NCBI GenBank assembly: GCA_964504715.1
Contig: CAZDEP010000003.1
Location: 10,111-74,110 of the forward strand
Direction: 5' to 3'
DNA from: an uncultured Candidatus Saccharibacteria bacterium
Lineage (GTDB): Bacteria > Patescibacteriota > Doudnabacteria > UBA920
DNA length: 64,000 nt
The notes under the pieces were generated by a model. The model did no database searches. It had not been told where the DNA came from and saw nothing but the letters and a program-made list of their open reading frames with translations. A program made the translations under genes and the position numbers. How positions within the stretch are numbered: the stretch's first letter is position 1; each line of letters opens with the position of its first letter. This document shows, piece by piece, positions 27,866 to 38,606 of this stretch.

Positions 27866-28486
27866 TTATTCGCACCGGCCGGTTATCCAACTGGCTTCCG
27901 GCTGCCAATCTCTTGCCGAGCAGCTCCAGCCGGGACTTTGCGGATTTTTACCGCTTGCCGATTCGGACGTTGTAAAACCCAAAACATAATAATACTTGCC
28001 GTTACAGGGATCGCAGTAAGCCGCCGCATGATAAGGGTTATAGCGGAAATACCTATACTGGTACTGCCCGCCGCAAGCCTCGCCGGACTTGGTCTTGGGG
28101 TCGGCAAGTTTTGTAGACAAAAAACCTTCGGTATTAAGGACTTTTAAAAATTCCCCGTCACCTTGGGTATCCCAACCTCCGCAAATTAAATTTACGCAGT
28201 CCCCCTGCGGGTCGCACGCCCCGTCGGGATATTGGCCGAATTTGTTGTAATACATTTCCAAAGCGGTCTGGATTTGCTCCATATCCGAAAGCCGCTTGGC
28301 ATCCCTAGCCTTCAGGCGGGCCCGATTAACGGATATCATTACAATTCCCGCGAGCGTACCAATAATAGCTACAACCACCAATACTTCTAAAAGCGTAAAG
28401 CCTTTTTGCGAAAACTTTTGAAATTTAAATATGGGAGATGGCCGTTTACTGAGCATGTACTTATTATACAAAATAAGCCGATTCAA
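27866..28486 (-). CDS. type IV pilin / pseudopilin-like protein with a prepilin N-terminal cleavage/methylation motif
   Basis: KGFTLLEVLVVVAIIGTLAGIV (G|FTLLE class III signal), then a Cys-containing globular domain. The start may be the internal Met (MLSKRP...). Confidence 0.85.
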   Translation of the reverse strand: MNRLILYNKYMLSKRPSPIFKFQKFSQKGFTLLEVLVVVAIIGTLAGIVMISVNRARLKARDAKRLSDMEQIQTALEMYYNKFGQYPDGACDPQGDCVNLICGGWDTQGDGEFLKVLNTEGFLSTKLADPKTKSGEACGGQYQYRYFRYNPYHAAAYCDPCNGKYYYVLGFTTSESASGKNPQSPGWSCSARDWQPEASWITGRCE

Positions 28487-28647
28487 TTCAAACAGAAATA
28501 AATAAAGCCGGCGTAAATTGCCATAAAAATAAAAATGTTCAAAATAATTTCATAACCCTTGTTTATATTTAAAAGGCGCCACTATTATAAAAAACAAAAC
28601 GCCCCCTCAGGCGTATAAAAAATCATAAATAATTAATAATTTAGCAA

Positions 28648-29790
28648 ATGCTAAAGAAAGGAAAACCCATGAATAAAACAACGAACAGGGCCAAAAACAG
28701 CATTATCGCTGCTTTAATTCTTGCCTTAGGAGCATTTACTTTCGGCAGAATTTCATTGGCGGTAGGTGCACCGCCCCAAACCCCCACCGACCTTAGCGTT
28801 AGTCCCGCCTCCAATACCGAAATGAATCTTTCCTGGACTGCCGCTACAGACCCCGACACCTCGGCTTCCAACCTGACTTACCTTGTATACCGCGACGGAA
28901 TCCAGGTAGCCACCACGACTGCGGGATCGATTAGTTATGCCGATACGGCCTTAAATGAGGGCACCAATTACTCCTACACACTCATTGCAGTTGATCCTGA
29001 AGGCAACCAATCTTCCGCCACCACTGACGTTGCGGGTTCAACTTACTATGGGGAAATTCCGGCAGCCCCTGCCAACCTCACCGCCACGCCCATGTCTTCC
29101 AGCGAAATTCATCTGGCCTGGGACGCGGCCGCCACAACTTCTACCAGCACTCTGGTTTCCGAATATCAAATATATCGGGGCGGGACCAAAGTCGCGACCT
29201 CAAGCTTAGCCAGCTACCACGACACGGGCCTCCTGCCTTCCACAATGTACAGCTATACAGTGACTGCAAAAACCCAGGGCGGCAACACTTCGGTAATGTC
29301 CGCAATCGTGAATGCCACGACTCTGGCATCTTCAACGCCCGAGACTCCGCCGGCCGGCGAGCCCACCACCACGCCGATGAATATTTCCGGCTGGATAGCC
29401 ATACCGCTTTCGGTTTATAACAGCGTTTGGAATGCAAGCTCCACTCCCGCCGGGAGCAGTACGCCTATTACTTATGACGCCCACAACTACCCCATGTGGA
29501 ACGGCCACTACATAACCTGCGAAGGCTTTATAGATGACGATATGGCACACCACACAACCCTCTCCACCGACACCGATCCGGCACACAACATAGGCAAAAA
29601 TTGCCCGGGCGGCGCGCCTCAACAGCCCGCCATAAACCAGTGGAATATGTGGAATATGATGCAGCACGATAACAACTGGCAAGGTGTAATGCCATTAAAA
29701 TTCTGGATGCATGACAACACCAGCCTGTCGGAATGGGTAGTAATCCCGCTTACCAAAGAAAGCCTGGGAAAACTATACAACCGAATGTAA
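28648..29790 (+). CDS. secreted protein with two fibronectin type III-like domains and a C-terminal Trp/His-rich domain
   Basis: Signal peptide. Two repeats with a P..P..L.......I.L.W......S....Y.VYR.G..V pattern. The start is probably at the internal MNKTTNRAK. Confidence 0.7.
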   Translation: MLKKGKPMNKTTNRAKNSIIAALILALGAFTFGRISLAVGAPPQTPTDLSVSPASNTEMNLSWTAATDPDTSASNLTYLVYRDGIQVATTTAGSISYADTALNEGTNYSYTLIAVDPEGNQSSATTDVAGSTYYGEIPAAPANLTATPMSSSEIHLAWDAAATTSTSTLVSEYQIYRGGTKVATSSLASYHDTGLLPSTMYSYTVTAKTQGGNTSVMSAIVNATTLASSTPETPPAGEPTTTPMNISGWIAIPLSVYNSVWNASSTPAGSSTPITYDAHNYPMWNGHYITCEGFIDDDMAHHTTLSTDTDPAHNIGKNCPGGAPQQPAINQWNMWNMMQHDNNWQGVMPLKFWMHDNTSLSEWVVIPLTKESLGKLYNRM

Positions 29791-29857
29791 ACTTTTACAC
29801 AAAATCCCCAAAGGAAACCTTTGGGGATTTTAGTTGGATTTCTCTTTAATTTGTGCC

Positions 29858-30001
29858 CTAGCTTTCCCCCTCGTCCTCGTTGCCCGCCTCCTCATGCGCT
29901 TCCGCGGCTTCCTTATGGGCCTTTGAAGCTTCATCTTGCGCTTTGGAAAGCTGCTCGTCAGCGTCGCTGACTTTTTGGTTCGCGTCTGCTAAATCCGCCA
30001 T
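29858..30001 (-). CDS. small acidic coiled-coil protein (~47 aa, MADLADANQKVSDADEQLSKAQDEASKAHKEAAEAHEEAG...)
   Basis: Internal ATG with an AGGAAA RBS. The upstream part of the ORF-track ORF is unlikely to be coding. Confidence 0.35.
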   Translation of the reverse strand: MADLADANQKVSDADEQLSKAQDEASKAHKEAAEAHEEAGNEDEGES

Positions 30002-30137
30002 ATATTTTCCTTTCTTTAAGCGGTCGTCACGACCGGCTATTAATAATAAGCGGTTAAGATTTACTGATCTCCATAATATAAATATAGCAAAACAGGATGA
30101 AAACATTCTTAACCCATCCAGGCGGCCTTTCTATACT

Positions 30138-31898
30138 TTACTCCTGATCGTTTACTATGCGGCTCGCGCCTGAAAGCTCTTGCTGAATTTCTTCGGTAGA
30201 AAGGTAATATACCTTCGAAGCGCCCGAAGCCTTCACCTGCAACTTTTGCAAATTTCCCATCCACGCCTTGCTCGCGCCGCTTAAATCCAATTCAGCATCG
30301 CGGATGGAGCCCGAAGCGGAATCAAACTGGCTGGCGCCGGAAGCTTTTAAAGAAACCTGTGTGGAAGTCCCGCTTATGCGGGCCTTGGAAGCTCCCGAAA
30401 GTCGAGCATTCATTTCAGCTATATCCACCTCCATATCGCCGCCCGAAGCTCCGGAAAAATCCAAATCCAGCCGCTCGGCTTTAAAACCCGAGGCCGTCAC
30501 GTGTGATGCGCCGCTCAAAAAAACTTTTTCCAGTTTGGGCATATGGATTTCCACATTGGCGCCCTTCCTTATGCAAAATAAACAGAAATTAAAATTATCC
30601 CGAGTGCCAAAAACCGCAGCGGGGCCTTCTTTCCTGATTTCCATAGCCTCTAATTCCCGGTTTGTACCCCGCGCGATTATTTTAAACTCGGGGCCGGGAA
30701 TAATTTGGGCATTGTAGCTGCCTCTCAAATCCACCTGGCTAAAATCATCCAAAGCAAAAACCTTTTCTTCCTTAGCCTGGGTTTGGTAAGTGTTTACGGC
30801 TGATTCAATTTGGGGAGCGAGCCTTATGCCTATGCCGGCCGTTAGGGCAATGGCGGCTATCCATATTCCGACCAAAAAGATGCTGCCAATTTTGCCGAAG
30901 GTGGATTTATAAGCGGCCAAGCTCGTGCCGATTAGCGTTAAAAATACCAAGGGCACAAACCCCACCAGAAAAGCGGAAATTACGGCTACATAAAGCAGCC
31001 CGCCCGCGGCGATTTCGCGCAAGGGAAAATCCACATAAGGCGAATTGGCGTTAAAGGCCACGCTTACGGCAGCCACAGCCAAACCCGCAATAGCCGCCAC
31101 GCCCGCCACTGTAATGACAACCCCAAGCAGCCTCGCAAAAAGCGGGAAAATATTTTTTACCGCCCGCCCTAATGCCCCGAGCGCCCTAAACGGGGCCGTT
31201 AGAGCGTTTTTTATTCCCGAACGGTCTTTTTTTTTACCCTCCCAAGCATTATTTCCCAGTGGGTAATCCGCCGAAGCTTTGGCGGAGGCGGATTCAGACT
31301 GATCACTGTCTTTAAAACGATGATGGATTTCGCTAATCCTTTCCTTAATATTTGCCTCAACATTCTTTAAGTTAATGGCCTCTCCCCGCATCTGCATTTT
31401 TTCCGTGTCGGTCTTGGCCTCAGGCACGATTATCCACAAAATGATATACAGCAATATTCCGAAGCCGCCGAAAAAAATCGAAAGCGCAAATATCAGCCTT
31501 ACCCACACCGCATCAATTCCTACATAGGCCGCAAGCCCGCTGCAAACGCCGGCAATAATAACATCGTCCGCATTCCTAAAAAGCTTCCTGCCTTTGGGTT
31601 GCTCGCCGGAGGCAGCCTTAAAATTTGAACCTCTCTCCGAACCGCCCATTTGCTCGGGCGTACCCATGGCCAAAATCAGCTCTTCAACCGTCTTCAGGCC
31701 TACTATTTTGGCAAGACCGGTTTTTGCCGAAAACTGGTCCGCTATCCGGTCTTCTATGTCGGAAACAATTTCCGTACTCTCCGGGTAAGAGGAAAAATGC
31801 TGCTTAATGGATTTCAAATAGTTATCCAAGCGCTCATAAGCATCTTCCTCTATTTGGAAGCTCATGCCGCCAATAGAAATGCTAATTGTCTTTTTCAT
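30138..31898 (-). CDS. PspC-domain membrane protein with a C-terminal DUF2807/DUF4097-like (putative adhesin / GIN) beta-repeat domain
   Basis: RKLFRNADDVIIAGVCSGLAAYVGIDAVWVRLIFAL....LLYIILWIIVP is the PspC signature. The C-terminus has repeated LSGAS/KASGAS beta-strand repeats. It lies downstream of padR. Confidence 0.8.
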   Translation of the reverse strand: MKKTISISIGGMSFQIEEDAYERLDNYLKSIKQHFSSYPESTEIVSDIEDRIADQFSAKTGLAKIVGLKTVEELILAMGTPEQMGGSERGSNFKAASGEQPKGRKLFRNADDVIIAGVCSGLAAYVGIDAVWVRLIFALSIFFGGFGILLYIILWIIVPEAKTDTEKMQMRGEAINLKNVEANIKERISEIHHRFKDSDQSESASAKASADYPLGNNAWEGKKKDRSGIKNALTAPFRALGALGRAVKNIFPLFARLLGVVITVAGVAAIAGLAVAAVSVAFNANSPYVDFPLREIAAGGLLYVAVISAFLVGFVPLVFLTLIGTSLAAYKSTFGKIGSIFLVGIWIAAIALTAGIGIRLAPQIESAVNTYQTQAKEEKVFALDDFSQVDLRGSYNAQIIPGPEFKIIARGTNRELEAMEIRKEGPAAVFGTRDNFNFCLFCIRKGANVEIHMPKLEKVFLSGASHVTASGFKAERLDLDFSGASGGDMEVDIAEMNARLSGASKARISGTSTQVSLKASGASQFDSASGSIRDAELDLSGASKAWMGNLQKLQVKASGASKVYYLSTEEIQQELSGASRIVNDQE

Positions 31899-31909
31899 AA
31901 TCGTAATTT

Positions 31910-32242
31910 TTAAAATGACTTCTTAATTAATGAATCAACGGATTTGGAAAGTTCTTCCCATGTTACATTCAGCTGTTCCAAAAATTTTTTTCCGTTCTCA
32001 GTCAGCTGGTAGTATTTGCGAGGCGGTCCGGCGGTGGATTCTTTCCAGGAATATTTTAACAGCTCCTCGGATTTCAATCGGGACAAAAGCGGATAAAGCG
32101 TGCCCTCCACGACAATTAAATTATCCTGCTTTAATTCTTTTAAAATATCGGATGCATAAATTTCTCCCCGCGCAATAGTCAGCAAAATTGCGTATTCCAA
32201 AATACCTTTTCGCATTTGAGCTTTGTTGTTTTCTATATCCAT
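31910..32242 (-). CDS. PadR-family transcriptional regulator
   Basis: 110 aa wHTH protein. GILEYAILLTIARGEIYASDILKEL....GTLYPLLSRLKSEELL is the typical PadR pattern. Confidence 0.85.
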   Translation of the reverse strand: MDIENNKAQMRKGILEYAILLTIARGEIYASDILKELKQDNLIVVEGTLYPLLSRLKSEELLKYSWKESTAGPPRKYYQLTENGKKFLEQLNVTWEELSKSVDSLIKKSF

Positions 32243-32652
32243 GGGTTAGTGGCAAGATTTAAAATTTAAATTTCCAGATTGAATATTGAAGATTAACTTT
32301 CAAACCTTTAAAAAAGATTCTTTAATCTCTAATCTTAAATCCTTAATCTAATTATATACCAAGCTACCTTTTTATGCAAGGTACTAGGTTGTGGATAAAT
32401 ATTTGAAGTTTTTATAGTTGGCTTATTCAGTAATGTCCTGACCCGCGCATGAAAGCAAACTTTATTTTCGGCCGACCGAAAGTCGGCCATACTAACCAAC
32501 TACTGTGGTCCCGCTTACAATCCCCTTTTTGCCCCATATTGCATTACAATTAGCTGGGTTTCTAGGAGGGAAAATGACAGGTTTCTGGAAATTAAATAAC
32601 GGCAACCCGGAAGGGACCGCCGTTATTTTAATTAAAGGAATTTGATTAATTC

Positions 32653-35600
32653 TTATTTTAGATTTCGCTTGGGTTCAAACTGCAGAATAAATGACAACGG
32701 TACTTCTTGAATCTGTTGAAAGTTAAATTCGGCTTTCATAAATTCAGCTGGGGTGGAAAAGGCATAGCTAGTGCCGTCACCGAATAAGGCGTAAACTGTC
32801 CTGTCATGTGCGGTTTTGACAACAGCCATAAGCCCTTTATAGTCGGGCAGTCCTTCCTTCAAAGTTAGGCTGAAAGTAGCACCCAACACAGCCGGGGTAT
32901 TTTCCAGGCTGCCGGCGGAAATGGCATAAGTGCTGGGTGCGAACTGTGCCTGCAGAGCAGCATAATCTTTTCCTCGGGCCACTGAAGAAATTCTCACCTC
33001 ATCAAAAATTCCGGCAGCAGGATACTGAGCTGAACCAATCCTAAGCACTTCCTGTCCCCTAACCATGGCCCTGCCGTCCAAGCGGTTGCGTAGAACCTCT
33101 TTGCCGTTTATATAAAGCACGTCAGTGCTGTCCGCGGAATGGCTAAACATAATATGATACCAGTTTCCGGCTTTCATTTCAGAATAGGCAGACGTGGTTA
33201 GCCGACCGTAACTGGGATAATAGCCGCCGGCCTTCAAATAACCGCGACTATAGCTAATGGCAATACCCGAGGAATCGTTCGGTGAAGAAAGCGAAAAAAT
33301 ATTCTTTAAATCGCTTGATGAATTCAAATCCTGGGAAGGACTGAACCAAAATTCCAAAGTTAGGTTGGAATCCTGATCACCAAACCCCGTGCTGCTGAGC
33401 AAGTCTGCGCCGGAACTTATTTCCCTTGCGTCAGCCGCCATGCCCGCCGCGGCTGCGGCATTTCCGGCTAAATTCCTACCCGACTTGGCATCTGAATCCG
33501 AACTTAAATGATATACTGCAACATAATCAGAAGCCCAAACAGAGGCGGAATTTTGCGGAGTCGCGGCGTTTGCGTTTCCCATATAAAGGTAAAATTCCAG
33601 GTTGCCTTTGGCTATGACAGGCTTTATCCAGGCGACCAGCTCGCCGGTTGCCGGATTGTATTTTTCTAACTCATAAGGGATTTGGGTTAAGCCGTCCGAT
33701 TCCGTGAAAAGTAAATCCGCGCCGGAATTGGATGCGACTTTGCCTCCATACGCCAGGGTCCGGAAATTTGCATTAGTCATTTTCACCAACACCGGCATGC
33801 CTGATAATTCGCCGGCCAAACCTGTGGAAATTGCTAACTTTTGCCTGGTAGGCCAATCGCGTGATACCCAATTGCCCACCGAAGGAGTCGGCGTAGGATT
33901 TGGAGTAGGTGTGGGAGTGGGAGTGGGAGTGGGGGTTGGTGTCGGCGTCGGGGCAGGAGTTGGATTTGGCGTAGGAGTGGGTGTAGGGGCTGGAACCGGA
34001 CTTGGTGTAGGTGTAGGTGTGGGTGTTGGCACAGGTGTCGGTACAGGAGAGGGTGTGGGCACAGGCGCAGGCAGATTGGGATTTACGGGCACTGCGGCGG
34101 AACTGTTCGTAACAAATATTTGGTCAATTTTTGAATTAACTTCCCTGCCTTTGAATAAAATTTTATGGGTGCCCGCCGTTAAATTAAGTATTCGAGGATT
34201 TAACGTTAAAGGTGCTGAACCGTTACGGCCATTGAGTTTTGTCCATTGCCAGTTAGCAGACCATGTACCTTCGGCATAGTCGTACACATCTTCCGAACCA
34301 TTATCCACGGAAACAAAGAATGAATCATTTGCCGAATCTTCTGCTTTAACTTTGCCCCATACATAGTAAGTTCCAGCGGTAGCGACATTTACAGTAAATT
34401 CTGCACTGCCTTGGTTGGCTGTTGGAAATTCTAAGTAAGAGCCTGCCGATGCGCCGGAGTCCGCCTTAACTACCGGACCCCCGGAATATTGAGACTGTTC
34501 AGCCTCTATATAAACAGAGATTATTTCGTTCGGAGTTGGGGTGGGGGTTGGGGTGGGCGCGGGAGTTGGGGCTGGAGGGGCTAGGTTAAAAGATTTGGGA
34601 CTGCCGGAGATCTGGACGTTATTGGCAGAATCAGACAAGTCTATGGCCCACATCCATACCTGGTGGCTTTTCCCATCTTTGTATTGTGCCGGTATGGCAA
34701 AATTAAACGCATGGTTTCCGACATCTGAACGGTAATCCCCTGCTTTAACCAAAATAGGAGAAGCTCCGCTAGTGCCCGCATTTTTGTCTATATATGCATG
34801 AACTTCAATAGCCTGGCTTGTATTGTCAGGATCTGCCGCCCATCCATACACAGTGCCATCGGCTTTAACCCCGTCAAAAGATCCGTTTGGTTTTTGGTTA
34901 ACGGGTTGAGGCACGGGGGTGGGCGCAGGCGTTGGTACAGGAGTCGGTGTCGGCACAGGGCTTGGCGCAGGCGTTGGCAAACCAGCCAAAGAACCCAAAA
35001 CGCCAAAGGGATTGGCAGAAACCTGGGTCGGTAAAACCACAAAACTGCCAAACTCCGCGCTGGTATGGGTAATGGGTTTAGCCGACAAACGGGGGTTTGC
35101 CGGATTGGAAACCAACGAGGCTACGGCGCTCAAATTCATAGGCACGTTAACCGGTTGGCCGTTATAAGTACCGGTCATTATAGCCGGACCGCTAAAATTT
35201 TGCGCGTCTTTAATCTGGTACGCGTCGCCAATTTTTAAACCGGCTTGGGAAAGGTCTACGGAAACCGAGTCCTGCTTGTCCCAGTTGAAGATTATAATAT
35301 TCGCCTGGCCCGGTTGGTATTTATTCGGCCGATAAAACACTTTTAACCCGGTTGGCCGCGTGGATGCATACGTATTGTTGGAATAACTGGAAGGCGAAAA
35401 TTCAGCCAAACCGCCGTAAAAGGTATTTCCCGACATGTCTTTAATGTTTACACAGTCCAGGTTTAAAGCCGTAGGCGCAACAAAGTAGTTGTTCTTTATA
35501 ATCGGGCCTTCGCACCCGTTATAGTGTATATCCAAGCCTTTGCCCGAACCACCCGCTGACATGTCGTAATAATTAAAGTTGTTAATGTATACAGGATTCA

Positions 35601-38010
35601 AGCCGCGGTAATTTAAGTCATTGTTCTGGCCGTATAAGAAACCCGCCTTAGGTTCGCCGGATGGCACGCCGCTATTTAAGGCAAGGTTACCCTCGTAATA
35701 TAAGTAGTCAACTAGGTAGTCGGGATTGGCTGGATTTTCACTGCCCTGGCCATAAGCATGGTAGCCATATTGCATGCCGTTTAAAACCATGTTGTCTATG
35801 AAATACTGATATTCACCGTTGGACTTAGTCCGCGAATTTTGTACATAAATTCCGTGGCCATGTCCGCGGGTACCCGGGTCCCATACGCCAACATTATAAA
35901 TAATGTTACCGTAAAATTCGCTGCCACCGGAAAGCTGCCAGGTATTTATGCCGGTGAAAATATCGTGGATGGTATTGTTAATAAACTTTATGTGGTGGCC
36001 AAAATTGTATATATCACCGCTCATATAGTTCCCATTCCCAATCGCATTGGAGTTGGTAAATTCCAAATCCCAAAACCATACATAACCCGAACCTTCATAA
36101 ATTTCCAGTCCCCTGCGCGCGTCATTTAGGTTATGGTCAAATATGGCTTTTTCTCCCGGGTAAGACCTAAAAATAATTGGCTGGGTTTTAGTGCCATTTA
36201 CATAACTCGTATATGAACCGGTATACCTGCCGCCGCGCAGCCAAACTACATCGCCCGGCTTTACGGATTTTTGGTTTGCAAATACGCTTTCCAAATTCCA
36301 AGGGTTGTTTATGCTGCCATCCCCTGCCGAACTGCCGTTGGGCGAGACATACCAGTACGTACCAGAAAGCTGCACTTTTTCTGCGCTAGGTGCAGGGGTC
36401 GGGGTTGGAGTAGGCGTCGGGGTTGGAACTGGCGCAGGAGTGGGAGTAGGGGTCGGGGTTGGAGTAGGCGTCGGCGTCGGCGCTGGAGCCGGGGTTGGCA
36501 CGGGGGCTGGAACCACAATTCCTGAAACGGGCAACACAACATACACATTAAATTCTTTGTCCGTGTGGGTAGGGGCAACAATAGTACCCACTGGGGTAGA
36601 CACGTTGCTGGGCACACCAACGGATTTATATACCGCCGTCATGGTAGTGGGTACGCTTACCTGACCGCCGGTATAGGTGCCACTAGCTATAGCACCACCA
36701 AAGAAATTTTGCGCGTCCCGGACTTCATATTTTGTGCCCGCAGGCATAAACGAAGAAAAATCCAGGTCAACGGTATTTTTGTTGTCCCAATTAAAGACAG
36801 TAATATAAGCGCGGCCATTTTCGTATTTGTTTGCGCGCACGGAAACTTTGGTGCCGGTGGGCCGGACGCTGCCGGTTGAATTATTGTATACCTGGGTGTT
36901 GTTTGGAAATGCGGACAAGTCAGACTTCATTTGGTAGACATTTCCGGGGTATAAGTCTTCAAACACCACCGGACCGACAAACACATTTCGGTTGAGTTTA
37001 AAATTCCTGCCCGTTTGGTTCTGCTGGACAAACTTGCTGGTGCCAACGACATAGTTGTCTTCCACGGTACCGTTTTGGCATTTGCCGTAAATTGAATAGC
37101 CAAAATTTAAACTCTGAGTTGTAAAACTGGAAAGCGGATAATATATGCTGTTGTTTTTTACTTGGTTGCCGTCGCAGGTTATGCCGCCGCCAACCAGCAA
37201 ATTTCTTTCAAAACCGCCTTGCATCACGCCGCTGTTAAAATATGTGTTGCCGTCAAACGTAATGTTATTGAGCCACGCGCCGTCGCCGGAACCGTACGCT
37301 TGGCTGCCGTGGTTAAACCCGTTAAAGAAAATATTATCGGCAATAGTTTTTGTTCCGCTTTGGTTTTGAATATACAAACCGTGGCCGTGTCCCCTGTCTG
37401 ATGCCAGGCCGCCGTTGTTAAAAACCAAGTTGCCATAAAATTCGGACGCGTCAGGCGTCGTGCCGGTAGACCAAAAACCGTTGCCGCCGGTATCATAAAT
37501 GGCAAGGTTTATATATTTATTTTTCGGGCCGTACGCGGCCAAACCATAGGGCCTAAGATCGTTAGCAAACGAACCCGGTTGCGTGGTCCAGCGCTGGCTC
37601 CAGGAGTTTGTAATTTCAAAACCCCAGTACCAGGTGTTGGAGCCATACACGTTTAAACTGCCGCCGGCATCTATGCCGGTTGCAGCTCGGTCTAAAATAA
37701 CCCGTTCACCCGGATACGCGCGCACAACAATGGGCGCCGTATCTGACCCTTTTAAATTTGAATCAAAGCGGCCAACATACGTGCCGCCCCTTAACCAAAT
37801 AGTATCACCGGGCTTGACGGCAGTAGGGTGGTTTAAAGCCGTCTTTAAGTCCCAAGGACTGTTAATGCTGCCGCTGCCCGATGGGCTGCCGCTCGTGGAA
37901 ACGTACCAATCACTTAAAGCTTTTGCCTGCTCTGCGAACGGGGGAAAAACGAACGAAGCGCTAACTAACACAAGAGCGCCCAAAAACGCAAAAATTTTAT
38001 TTTTATTCAT
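32653..38010 (-). CDS. giant (1785 aa) secreted surface protein: two right-handed beta-helix (pectin-lyase-fold) modules, several Pro-Thr linker tracts, CBM-like beta-sandwich domains and a C-terminal concanavalin A-like/LamG domain
   Basis: Signal peptide. Duplicated N-terminal module ([12 protein letters not shown]...[11 protein letters not shown] / [12 protein letters not shown]...[11 protein letters not shown]). PTPTPTPAP linkers. C-terminal LEFWFSPS...WYHIMFSH...LYINGKEV, LamG-like. Confidence 0.85.
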   Translation of the reverse strand: MNKNKIFAFLGALVLVSASFVFPPFAEQAKALSDWYVSTSGSPSGSGSINSPWDLKTALNHPTAVKPGDTIWLRGGTYVGRFDSNLKGSDTAPIVVRAYPGERVILDRAATGIDAGGSLNVYGSNTWYWGFEITNSWSQRWTTQPGSFANDLRPYGLAAYGPKNKYINLAIYDTGGNGFWSTGTTPDASEFYGNLVFNNGGLASDRGHGHGLYIQNQSGTKTIADNIFFNGFNHGSQAYGSGDGAWLNNITFDGNTYFNSGVMQGGFERNLLVGGGITCDGNQVKNNSIYYPLSSFTTQSLNFGYSIYGKCQNGTVEDNYVVGTSKFVQQNQTGRNFKLNRNVFVGPVVFEDLYPGNVYQMKSDLSAFPNNTQVYNNSTGSVRPTGTKVSVRANKYENGRAYITVFNWDNKNTVDLDFSSFMPAGTKYEVRDAQNFFGGAIASGTYTGGQVSVPTTMTAVYKSVGVPSNVSTPVGTIVAPTHTDKEFNVYVVLPVSGIVVPAPVPTPAPAPTPTPTPTPTPTPTPAPVPTPTPTPTPTPAPSAEKVQLSGTYWYVSPNGSSAGDGSINNPWNLESVFANQKSVKPGDVVWLRGGRYTGSYTSYVNGTKTQPIIFRSYPGEKAIFDHNLNDARRGLEIYEGSGYVWFWDLEFTNSNAIGNGNYMSGDIYNFGHHIKFINNTIHDIFTGINTWQLSGGSEFYGNIIYNVGVWDPGTRGHGHGIYVQNSRTKSNGEYQYFIDNMVLNGMQYGYHAYGQGSENPANPDYLVDYLYYEGNLALNSGVPSGEPKAGFLYGQNNDLNYRGLNPVYINNFNYYDMSAGGSGKGLDIHYNGCEGPIIKNNYFVAPTALNLDCVNIKDMSGNTFYGGLAEFSPSSYSNNTYASTRPTGLKVFYRPNKYQPGQANIIIFNWDKQDSVSVDLSQAGLKIGDAYQIKDAQNFSGPAIMTGTYNGQPVNVPMNLSAVASLVSNPANPRLSAKPITHTSAEFGSFVVLPTQVSANPFGVLGSLAGLPTPAPSPVPTPTPVPTPAPTPVPQPVNQKPNGSFDGVKADGTVYGWAADPDNTSQAIEVHAYIDKNAGTSGASPILVKAGDYRSDVGNHAFNFAIPAQYKDGKSHQVWMWAIDLSDSANNVQISGSPKSFNLAPPAPTPAPTPTPTPTPNEIISVYIEAEQSQYSGGPVVKADSGASAGSYLEFPTANQGSAEFTVNVATAGTYYVWGKVKAEDSANDSFFVSVDNGSEDVYDYAEGTWSANWQWTKLNGRNGSAPLTLNPRILNLTAGTHKILFKGREVNSKIDQIFVTNSSAAVPVNPNLPAPVPTPSPVPTPVPTPTPTPTPSPVPAPTPTPTPNPTPAPTPTPTPTPTPTPTPTPNPTPTPSVGNWVSRDWPTRQKLAISTGLAGELSGMPVLVKMTNANFRTLAYGGKVASNSGADLLFTESDGLTQIPYELEKYNPATGELVAWIKPVIAKGNLEFYLYMGNANAATPQNSASVWASDYVAVYHLSSDSDAKSGRNLAGNAAAAAGMAADAREISSGADLLSSTGFGDQDSNLTLEFWFSPSQDLNSSSDLKNIFSLSSPNDSSGIAISYSRGYLKAGGYYPSYGRLTTSAYSEMKAGNWYHIMFSHSADSTDVLYINGKEVLRNRLDGRAMVRGQEVLRIGSAQYPAAGIFDEVRISSVARGKDYAALQAQFAPSTYAISAGSLENTPAVLGATFSLTLKEGLPDYKGLMAVVKTAHDRTVYALFGDGTSYAFSTPAEFMKAEFNFQQIQEVPLSFILQFEPKRNLK
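33885..34080 (-). repeat. low-complexity coding repeat (GGNGTN)n encoding a Pro/Thr/Val/Ala linker
   Basis: ggagtgggagtgggagtggg... on the plus strand translates to PTPTPTP on the minus strand. Similar tracts occur at ~34530-34580, 34905-34990 and 36385-36500. Confidence 0.7.
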
Positions 38011-38238
38011 AGTTAAAATATCTAATTATTTTTTTATTTTAATGTGTTTTTGTTTCAAGGAAGTTGAATTCCTCTTCACCTTTCTATTTTAAGTATATCA
38101 CATTTTTCCTTAATTTACAAGGGATTCATTAAAATTTTCTTTTTTTAGAGGAGTTTTTTTGTTTATTAGCTGAGGGGCTGCTAATAGCCTTATTTTGTGT
38201 AAATTGTTTAATTATTTCCCAAGTTTCACAGCTCACTC

Positions 38239-38290
38239 TTGACAAAACAAAAAGGTTAAGATAATATTTAGATATACATCTAAATATCTA
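38239..38290 (+). promoter_or_regulatory. sigma70-like promoter (TTGACA -17- TAATAT) followed by an inverted repeat tagatat-N8-atatcta overlapping the transcription start; candidate ArsR/SdpR operator
   Basis: ttgacaaaacaaaaaggttaagataatatttagatatacatctaaatatctatATG. Palindromic arms of 7 bp. Confidence 0.5.
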
Positions 38291-38291
38291 T

Positions 38292-38555
38292 ATGTCTTTA
38301 ACCCAAACCTTCCAGGCTTTAAGTGAGCCAAATCGAAGAAAAATTATTGAACTTTTAAGGGAAACCGAAATGGCCGTCTCGGACATTGGGGCAAAATTGG
38401 CCATTACACTCCCTACTCTCTCCCACCACTTGGACGTACTTAAACGTGCCGGGCTTATTTTAAGCCGGCGCGACGGTCAAAAAATCCTTTACAGCATAAA
38501 TATGAGCGTATTAGAAGACATTACCGAACAAATAATTAAATTTTTAAAAAATTAA
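38292..38555 (+). CDS. ArsR/SmtB-family winged-helix transcriptional regulator (SdpR-like)
   Basis: LSEPNRRKIIELL...EMAVSDIGAKLAITLPTLSHHLDVLKRAGLI is the canonical ArsR HTH. It lies directly upstream of an SdpI-family gene. Confidence 0.85.
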   Translation: MSLTQTFQALSEPNRRKIIELLRETEMAVSDIGAKLAITLPTLSHHLDVLKRAGLILSRRDGQKILYSINMSVLEDITEQIIKFLKN

Positions 38556-38606
38556 TTATTTCTGGTCTCAAAAAAACTTTTTTAGGAGACCGGAAAAAAT
38601 AAATAT

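Noticed and set aside
27726-28107. 60-aa and 74-aa minus-strand ORFs spanning the 27804-27840 terminator and overlapping the pilin gene
   Set aside because: They run through a strong bidirectional terminator hairpin or lie out of frame inside the pilin gene. Spurious.
33704-34279. 191-aa plus-strand ORF rich in GVGVGV
   Set aside because: It is the antisense reading of the Pro-Thr linker repeats of the 1785-aa minus-strand gene.
33885-36500. Short tandem DNA repeats that could be mistaken for a CRISPR array or microsatellite locus
   Set aside because: The repeats are 6-nt units with no spacers. They lie inside a continuous ORF and encode PT linkers. No CRISPR repeat-spacer architecture occurs anywhere in the window.
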